Shown here piece after piece: positions 57,728 through 64,000 of a stretch of DNA of 64,000 nt (position 1 is its first letter; each line of letters starts with the position of its first letter). The notes below the pieces were generated by a model, which was not told where the DNA came from, did not search any database, and worked only from the letters and a program-made list of their open reading frames with translations. This DNA is from Candidatus Velthaea sp. Its GTDB lineage: Bacteria; Vulcanimicrobiota; Vulcanimicrobiia; Vulcanimicrobiales; Vulcanimicrobiaceae. The translations under genes were made by a program, and so were the position numbers. Where the stretch lies: contig CBDCCS010000021.1 of the NCBI GenBank assembly GCA_965214935.1, positions 353,772-417,771 of the forward strand, written 5' to 3'.

Positions 57728-58723
57728 GTGTCGACCGCTCCAACGCTCCCTTTTGCCCGGGTTATGTCCGGAATGCGGCCGACCGGCCGTCTCCACATCG
57801 GTCATCTTGTCGGCGCGCTCCGTCAATGGGTCGCATACCCCGACTCGGTCGATGCGTTCTTCGAGGTCGCCGATCTTCACGCGTTCACGACGCAATTTGA
57901 AGATCCGCAAGCGATTCGGGATAATAGTGACGAGTTAATTCTTGATTGGCTTGCCGCCGGACTCGATCCGAATCGCTGTACGATTTTTCTGCAGTCGGCG
58001 ATCGCTGAGATCACCGAGTTGCACGCCTTGCTGTCGATGATCGTGCCCGTTGCGTGGCTGCAGCGCGTGCCGACGTTTAAAGACCAGATTGAGGCGCTCG
58101 GCGCCGACGTTGCAACGTATGGATTCCTCGGCTATCCGCTTTTGCAATTGTGTGATATCGCCGCGTTCAAAGCCGACACCGTTCCGGTCGGTCGCGATCA
58201 GCTCTCACACATTGAATTCGGCCGCGAAGTTGTGCGCCGCTTTAATTATTTGTATGGTCCGACGCTCGTGGAGCCGGAAGCGACGTTATCCGAATTTCCG
58301 GCGGTCGCCGGCACGGACGGCCGAAAGATGTCCAAGTCATACGGCAATGCCATCGACATTGCGGACGATGAGCAGACGACGACGAAGAAAGTCCGCTCGA
58401 TGCAAACCGATCCGTTGAAAGTCCGGCGACACGATCCCGGCCGGCCGGAGATCTGCCCGGTGTTCGCACTGCATCATCTGGCTAATGCGGCGCGCGTTCC
58501 GCTCATCGACGAGCACTGCCGAAGCGGTGCTTTAGGCTGCGTCGCTTGCAAGACCGAACTTGCCGAAACCATGAACGCGTGGCTCGCACCCGTGCGGCTG
58601 CGCCGGGCGCAGTTCGATCGCACGCGGGTCGCACAGATCCTTGAGGCGGGTAACGAAAAGGCGCGCACCGTTGCGCGTGCCACCCTGCGCGACGTGCGGC
58701 GCGCGCTTAGGCTTACTCCGTAA
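57728..58723 (+). CDS. trpS: Tryptophan--tRNA ligase
   Basis: SGMRPTGRLHIGH, VADLHA, YPLLQ, VPVGRDQ, KMSKS. Confidence 0.97.
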   Translation: MSTAPTLPFARVMSGMRPTGRLHIGHLVGALRQWVAYPDSVDAFFEVADLHAFTTQFEDPQAIRDNSDELILDWLAAGLDPNRCTIFLQSAIAEITELHALLSMIVPVAWLQRVPTFKDQIEALGADVATYGFLGYPLLQLCDIAAFKADTVPVGRDQLSHIEFGREVVRRFNYLYGPTLVEPEATLSEFPAVAGTDGRKMSKSYGNAIDIADDEQTTTKKVRSMQTDPLKVRRHDPGRPEICPVFALHHLANAARVPLIDEHCRSGALGCVACKTELAETMNAWLAPVRLRRAQFDRTRVAQILEAGNEKARTVARATLRDVRRALRLTP

Positions 58724-59909
58724 ATTGCGGCAGATACTCGCGTAAGCTAGCCAGCATCAGGTTAATTTCGTTGACGGACGTTGCGTATGAGAAGCGCAGA
58801 TGGCCGGCACCGGCCGCACCGAACGCCGAACCCGCCAACGCGGCAATGCCGGCTTCTTGCAACAGAAACGCTGCCAGCTTCTTATCATCCGGTGTGATGC
58901 GCGTGATGTTCGGAAAAGCGTAGAACGCGCCATCCGGCAGTCTGCACGACACATTCGGGATCGCGTTGAGCCCGGCGACCAGCACGTCACGCCGCGTCCG
59001 AAACGTTTCGTTCATCGTAACGACCGCGTCATCGCTTCCGCGCAAAGCCGCAACGCCGGCATGCTGGACGAACGGTGCAACGCATGAATACGTGTTGTTG
59101 GCGAACGTCGTGACGGTCGCGGCGAGCGTCTCGGGCAGAATCACATAGCCGAGCCGCCAGCCCGTCATCGCATAAGCTTTCGAGAACCCGTCGATCACGA
59201 TCGTGCGTTCCTGCATGCCGGCGCATTGCGTGATCGAAGCGAATGCCGTTCCGTAGACGTTGCGGCTGTAGATCTCGTCGGCCATGACGAGGAACCCATG
59301 CTTTTGCGAAAGGTCGGCGATGGTCTGCAGGTCGTCTCGGGTCAGCACTCCGCCGGTCGGATTATGCGGCGAGGTGACGACGACGATTTTTGTGCGCGGC
59401 GTAATCTTGGCTGCAAGTTCGTCGAGATCGAGACGCCAATTCTTTTCTTCCCGCAGCGCAACGGGGATCGGCCGAGCACCAAGGTAGCTCGCCGCCGAAG
59501 CGTACGCCGGATACGCCGGATCGGCGTAAATGAGTTCGTCGCCGGGGTCCAGCAGCGCGCACAGGGTGTTCCAGATTGCCGGCTTCGCTCCCGGCGCAAC
59601 GACCACGTTCGCGCGGCGATACGGCGCAATATTGCGAAAGTTCGCGGCGTACTCGGCAATCGCGTCGCGCAGTTCGGGAATTCCGGCCGATGGCGCGTAA
59701 TGCGTCAGGTTCGCCTCGATGGCAGCGATCCCGGCGGCTTTCACGTGCGCAGGTGTATCGAAGTCGGGCTCGCCGATCTCCATGTGCACGATGTGCCGAC
59801 CCTCGGCTTCAAGTTGACGCGCACGTGCTAAAACCTCGAAGGCGCTTTCGCCGCGAAGCTGTCCGACGGCGCTACAAAGAAAGTCTGCGTGCTGGCTAAC
59901 CGTTGTCAT
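58713..59909 (-). CDS. PLP-dependent aminotransferase class I/II (aspartate aminotransferase-like)
   Basis: IGEPDF, SPHNPTG, ADEIY, FSKAYAMTGWRLG, GAFYAF. SD GAGGAG before ATG 59909. Confidence 0.93.
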   Translation of the reverse strand: MTTVSQHADFLCSAVGQLRGESAFEVLARARQLEAEGRHIVHMEIGEPDFDTPAHVKAAGIAAIEANLTHYAPSAGIPELRDAIAEYAANFRNIAPYRRANVVVAPGAKPAIWNTLCALLDPGDELIYADPAYPAYASAASYLGARPIPVALREEKNWRLDLDELAAKITPRTKIVVVTSPHNPTGGVLTRDDLQTIADLSQKHGFLVMADEIYSRNVYGTAFASITQCAGMQERTIVIDGFSKAYAMTGWRLGYVILPETLAATVTTFANNTYSCVAPFVQHAGVAALRGSDDAVVTMNETFRTRRDVLVAGLNAIPNVSCRLPDGAFYAFPNITRITPDDKKLAAFLLQEAGIAALAGSAFGAAGAGHLRFSYATSVNEINLMLASLREYLPQFTE

Positions 59910-60235
59910 GGCACTCCTCTTTGCAGCGCGAGCAGTCTGCCGCCCGAACCCCCAACCGATACGGCCCGGCGCATGCGGCGTCGGCCCGTAAACCGGCCTG
60001 CATCTCATTGCATTTGCGCGCTACCGCGTCGGTTGCGCGCGCGGCGCACCTCGACCATTGCTCGACGAAGATCGTCAATCTTCCATGTCGTAATTGCTCG
60101 CGCTATGCCGGCATCGTGTCGGCGTTGCGCTCAGCCGGCCATGCTGGGTCTGGAGGACTCGTTTGCCGTTGATGGATCCGTGACTATCTCCCTGGGTGCT
60201 GTGAACCGGCGACTCATGCCGCGGGTAAGCATCAT

Positions 60236-60880
60236 ATGAAGCGAACCGCGTTCGGTGCGATATTCCTTGCAAGTACACTCTTGCAGATGACCGGCGCGGG
60301 GGCGCAGATTACGACCCCCATGGCAGCCACGCCGGCGCCGGTTCCCGCGGCAAGCGCCCCCCCGTCTACGCCATCGCCTCGAGCGACGGCGCCCGGACGC
60401 TTTAATTTACATCGTCCCGGGACGGACATCGACGGCGACGAGTTGACCGGAAATGTCGGCAGTAACGTGTATGTGTTTCGCGGCAACATTGTCTTACACA
60501 GCGATCCGAAGGTCGACCGGAGCTTCGGTGCGGCAACCGAGAGCGATGCGCCGCTGACGATCACCTCCGACGAACTCGACGTCGACCGGTTTGCAATGAC
60601 CTATGTTGCCAAGGGGCACGTTCACTTCACCCAAGGCACGCGCTCGGGCAATGCCGATCTCGCCATGCTCAACGAACAAACACGCGATCTCGATCTGCTC
60701 GGTCATGCCGACGTCGTCGACGGCGATCATCGCGCGCGCGCAGCGAAGCTGCATTACAACGGCACGGACCGGCAATTTCACGGGGCGGGCGACGTTCGGA
60801 TTTACGGCCCGGCGCCTTCACCGCAACCCAGCGCTTCGGCAACGCCCGCCGGCAAGCATCGTCGCCGCTTGCCGTTTTAG
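60236..60880 (+). CDS. LptA/OstA-like periplasmic jellyroll protein
   Basis: Signal peptide, Pro-rich linker, then FRGNIVL, TITSDELDVD, AKGHVHFTQG, KLHYN, GAGDVRI. Confidence 0.7.
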   Translation: MKRTAFGAIFLASTLLQMTGAGAQITTPMAATPAPVPAASAPPSTPSPRATAPGRFNLHRPGTDIDGDELTGNVGSNVYVFRGNIVLHSDPKVDRSFGAATESDAPLTITSDELDVDRFAMTYVAKGHVHFTQGTRSGNADLAMLNEQTRDLDLLGHADVVDGDHRARAAKLHYNGTDRQFHGAGDVRIYGPAPSPQPSASATPAGKHRRRLPF

Positions 60881-60894
60881 CCGCGCGGCGTGCT

Positions 60895-62736
60895 TTAGAG
60901 CGGCGCGATTTTTTTGCCGAAGTATTCGGCCAATATGTGCTGGGCAACCGGTGCGGCGACGCTTGCTCCATAACCGCCGCTTTGCTCCATATAGACCGCC
61001 ATCGCGATTTTCGGATGGTCGCTTGGCGCGTACGCAATGAACCACGTCGTGTTTGCGCGGCTGCCGCCGACGCCGATCTCCGCCGTTCCGGTTTTTCCCG
61101 CGAACGGCAGACCCTCGATCTTTAAACCGTACGCGGTGCCGCCGGGATCGGTGACCTTCGCCATTCCGGCCCGAACTTCCCGAAGTGCTTCGGCCGTTAC
61201 GTTCACTTTGCGGATGACTTGATGCCCGAAGGTGTGGAGAATTTTCCCGCGCGGCGAACGGATCGCATCGACGATATGCGGGCGGTACAGCGTACCGCCG
61301 TTGACGACCGTCGCTGCGACGTTGGCAATCTGCAACGGCGTCGCTTCCATCGCGCCTTGTCCGATCGCTAGTTGACAGACGTCGCTCGGCTCGAGCGGCA
61401 ACTTATAGACGCGCATCGACCATTCGTTCGTCGGCCAATTGCCCTCGAACTCACCCGGCAAATCGACGCCTAAGATCGAGTTTAGTCCGTATTGCAGGGC
61501 GTAATAGCGCAAACGATCGTGTCCTAAGCGGTAACCAAGTTGGTAGAAATAGCCGTCCGACGATGCCGCCAATGCGCGCACGAAATCGGTCGTGCCGAGT
61601 CCGCCCGCGGCGATATCGCGAAACAGCACGCCATGACAATCCCAGGCACCCGAATCGTACAGGATTTGATTGGGTTTAATGACGCCGGCGCTGATGGCGC
61701 CCGAACCGGTCACCATCTTGAACGTCGATCCGGTGGGTGAAGCAGCGCCGATGACGCGATCGTAGAGCGGCCGTAATGAATCGGTGAGGTAATGCGCAAA
61801 TTTCGCGCCGCTAATGGGCGTTGCAAAATCGTTCGGATCGAATTCCGGAAACGAAGCTAGCGCTAAAATACCGCCGTCGGCCGGATCGATCGCAACGACT
61901 GCGCCGGCAAGCCGCTTATGGCGCGCGCGACCCCATTTGAACAGCATCGTTTTCAAGTTGCGCTCCGCGATGCGCTGCAAGCGCCAATCGACCGTCGTTA
62001 CCAGCGTATTTCCGGGCACCGGATCGACGACATTGAGGCGTCGCACGAGTGCGCCGGCTGCATTGACCTCGATCTCCTGGCCGCCGATTCGGCCGCGCAA
62101 ATAGCGGTCGTACTGCTTTTCGAGGCCGTCTTTGCCGACCACGTCGTTGGGTGAATACCCTTGTCGCCGCAGCGCTTGGTACTCATCTTCGGTAATCGCG
62201 CCGACGTAGCCGAAAAGGTGCGAACCTTCGCCTTTGAACGGGTAGTTGCGCACCGGCTGCGCTTGAAAGTCGACACCCGGAAATTCGTTCTCCGATTCGG
62301 CCAGCCGAGCCATCTGCGCGGGCGAAAGTTCGCTTGCCAAAATAACGGGGCCGTTCGGTTCGTAAACCTGTACTTCGTCGAACGACTTATAGTTAACGCC
62401 GCGATGGTGGAGCAGCCGGTGCCATAAAACGGGCTGGCGGACACGTAAGATATCCGCCAGCGCTGCAATCGTCCGGTCGATATTTTTTACTTCAGATGGA
62501 ATGAGCGCGCACACGAATGACGGACGGCTGCGCACGATAACGGCACCGTGCCGATCGACGATTAGTCCGCGCGGTGCCGCAACGGGGATGAGTTCGATTT
62601 GATTCGCTCGTGCCGCCGCGGCGAATACCTCGCCTTGCACGATTTGGACCTGCGTCAAGCGTGCGACGATCGCGGTTAGCGCGAGCAGCAAGACACCGAT
62701 AAAGGCGCTGAAGCGTAGCGGCGAATGCAGTTTCAT
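60895..62736 (-). CDS. mrdA: Penicillin-binding protein 2 (class B PBP)
   Basis: APRGLIVDRHG, GKDGLEKQYD, GSTFK (SxxK), SSD, AIGQG, KTGTAE. Start ATG 62736. Confidence 0.95.
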   Translation of the reverse strand: MKLHSPLRFSAFIGVLLLALTAIVARLTQVQIVQGEVFAAAARANQIELIPVAAPRGLIVDRHGAVIVRSRPSFVCALIPSEVKNIDRTIAALADILRVRQPVLWHRLLHHRGVNYKSFDEVQVYEPNGPVILASELSPAQMARLAESENEFPGVDFQAQPVRNYPFKGEGSHLFGYVGAITEDEYQALRRQGYSPNDVVGKDGLEKQYDRYLRGRIGGQEIEVNAAGALVRRLNVVDPVPGNTLVTTVDWRLQRIAERNLKTMLFKWGRARHKRLAGAVVAIDPADGGILALASFPEFDPNDFATPISGAKFAHYLTDSLRPLYDRVIGAASPTGSTFKMVTGSGAISAGVIKPNQILYDSGAWDCHGVLFRDIAAGGLGTTDFVRALAASSDGYFYQLGYRLGHDRLRYYALQYGLNSILGVDLPGEFEGNWPTNEWSMRVYKLPLEPSDVCQLAIGQGAMEATPLQIANVAATVVNGGTLYRPHIVDAIRSPRGKILHTFGHQVIRKVNVTAEALREVRAGMAKVTDPGGTAYGLKIEGLPFAGKTGTAEIGVGGSRANTTWFIAYAPSDHPKIAMAVYMEQSGGYGASVAAPVAQHILAEYFGKKIAPL

Positions 62737-63281
62737 CAAAAGCGCTCGATGGCCGTGCGGTCGTTGATGAAGCGTGCCCGAAACACTAAGTAGACGAGTG
62801 CACAAAGCGCACTGAGTGCAGCCTGCCAAAGCGTCGCGTGGACGTGCACGACTGCAAGCCCGGGCGGATAACCTTCGAGACTCATAACGGCCCAGAACAG
62901 CGCATCGCGGACGACGACGGCGAGTCCAACGACGGCGCTTAACGTGACGATGCCGTCGGAGAAGAAGCCGCGCGCGACGGCTCCCGCACCGAGCGCCGTC
63001 AATGTCGTTGCAATCGTCCACGCACCGCCGCTATGCGCGAAGCAGTCTTCGAGTATACCGGCGATGACGCCGAGCAGCGCCGCACGCCGCGCGCCGGCCT
63101 TTAGGGCATAAAGAACGACGGCCACGGTCACGAGCGACGGGATCGTGTTGTGCAACGTCACGAGTTGCGCGAATACCGTTTGCGAAAACACCGCAAGCGC
63201 CGTCCAGCCGACGGTCGGAAGAAGCGCCGGACCGGTGACGATCTCGACCGAGCGGTAATTACTTTGCGAGAACGACGACAC
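62736..63281 (-). CDS. mreD: Rod shape-determining protein MreD
   Basis: Hydrophobic protein (IPSLV, GVIAGILEDCF) between mreC and mrdA. Start uncertain. Confidence 0.8.
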   Translation of the reverse strand: MSSFSQSNYRSVEIVTGPALLPTVGWTALAVFSQTVFAQLVTLHNTIPSLVTVAVVLYALKAGARRAALLGVIAGILEDCFAHSGGAWTIATTLTALGAGAVARGFFSDGIVTLSAVVGLAVVVRDALFWAVMSLEGYPPGLAVVHVHATLWQAALSALCALVYLVFRARFINDRTAIERF

Positions 63282-64000
63282 GGCCGAGCGAACCGAATGT
63301 GACGGCCGGTTGCACGATCGCGCTCTGTTCCAAAGCGCCCGCACTGGCCGGCGCAATCTGTGAGATTCGCCCGATCAGCGAGCCGGCATGAAACGACCGG
63401 CCTTCGCCCGTTACGACCGCGTCGCCGAGATGCAGCTTCGCGTCTTGGGAGATGTACTGCAACTTCAAATGCGATTGCGTGCCGACGGCGATCGCCCACC
63501 ACCGGCCGTGCTGAACGATGGCCGGAAGTTTGCTGGCCGGATCGGTAACGAGCAGCACTTTACTGGAGAGCGGCGCAACTTCAACGACGCGACCGACGAC
63601 ACCGCGTCCGTCGACGACGCCGTCATCGCGCTCGATGCGATCGCGCGAACCGCGATCGATCGTAATGAGCCGCTGCGTTGCTTCCGGGTCGTAGCCGATC
63701 ACGGTTGCCGCGATACCGGCGGGATGTTTGAGTTGTGCCGATGCGATATCGCGCTCGACCGGTACGCGTGACAGCGTTTCATTCAATTGCAGATTCGCTT
63801 GACGCAAACGCTCGTTTTGCAATCGCAGATCGGCATTCTCGCGCGCGAGTTGTGGCGTATCGGCGACGGTCGTTACGAGGTTACGGATCGCCAGGACGGT
63901 AACGGCAACGGCAAGCTGGGCGTACGTCGTAACGGTTGTCACCGTCACCGTCACGGGACTCGGCCGGCCAAGCCGTGCGAAGTCGATTTGCAGCAACGCC
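63259..64000 (-). CDS. mreC: Rod shape-determining protein MreC, 5' end outside the window
   Basis: LARENADLR coiled coil, ITIDRGS, GVVGRV, SKVLLVTD, GDAVVTG. Confidence 0.92.
   Translation of the reverse strand, partial: ALLQIDFARLGRPSPVTVTVTTVTTYAQLAVAVTVLAIRNLVTTVADTPQLARENADLRLQNERLRQANLQLNETLSRVPVERDIASAQLKHPAGIAATVIGYDPEATQRLITIDRGSRDRIERDDGVVDGRGVVGRVVEVAPLSSKVLLVTDPASKLPAIVQHGRWWAIAVGTQSHLKLQYISQDAKLHLGDAVVTGEGRSFHAGSLIGRISQIAPASAGALEQSAIVQPAVTFGSLGRVVVLAK

Noticed and set aside
59910..60235. Small ORFs or an RNA element between the aminotransferase and the LptA-like gene
   Set aside because: No recognisable motif or convincing start context; consistent with a divergent promoter region.

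Overview
GC-rich bacterial chromosome segment spanning the replication origin. Genes left of oriC are mostly on the minus strand and genes right of it mostly on the plus strand. From left to right: a MoxR/DUF58 operon, recR-ybaB-dnaX, a RecQ helicase with a C-terminal Tudor-like domain, a secreted Pro-rich protein, and a ~26 kb outer-membrane biogenesis cluster (tamB, bamA, three Skp/OmpH proteins, lpxD-lpxC-fabZ-lpxA-lpxB, a metallophosphoesterase, an LpxB paralogue, an O-antigen-ligase-family protein, lptC-lptB-lptF/G, DUF3084, a YqgF-like nuclease, an SLH-porin, a TPR protein and a GT4). Then come gyrB (two compensating frameshifts), a DUF721/dciA-like gene, recF, dnaN, oriC with DnaA boxes and DnaA-trios, dnaA, rpmH-rnpA-yidD-yidC-jag-mnmE, pfpI, mnmG-rsmG, a ~0.9 kb non-coding island with two parS sites, cca, parA-parB, thiE-thiD, trpS, an aminotransferase, an LptA/OstA-like protein and mrdA-mreD-mreC. 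The gene content suggests a diderm Terrabacteria lineage, plausibly Candidatus Eremiobacterota/Vulcanimicrobiota (inference only). The best novelty candidate is a variant lipid A pathway module: a cytoplasmic 5'-nucleotidase-type metallophosphoesterase with an LpxH-like Arg (GNRE) directly after lpxB in an operon lacking lpxH/lpxI, coupled to an LpxB paralogue and a ligase-family protein. Several conserved genes also appear to start at non-canonical ATC/CTG codons. No rRNA, tRNA, CRISPR array or mobile element was recognised. All calls come from manual reading, with no database searches.
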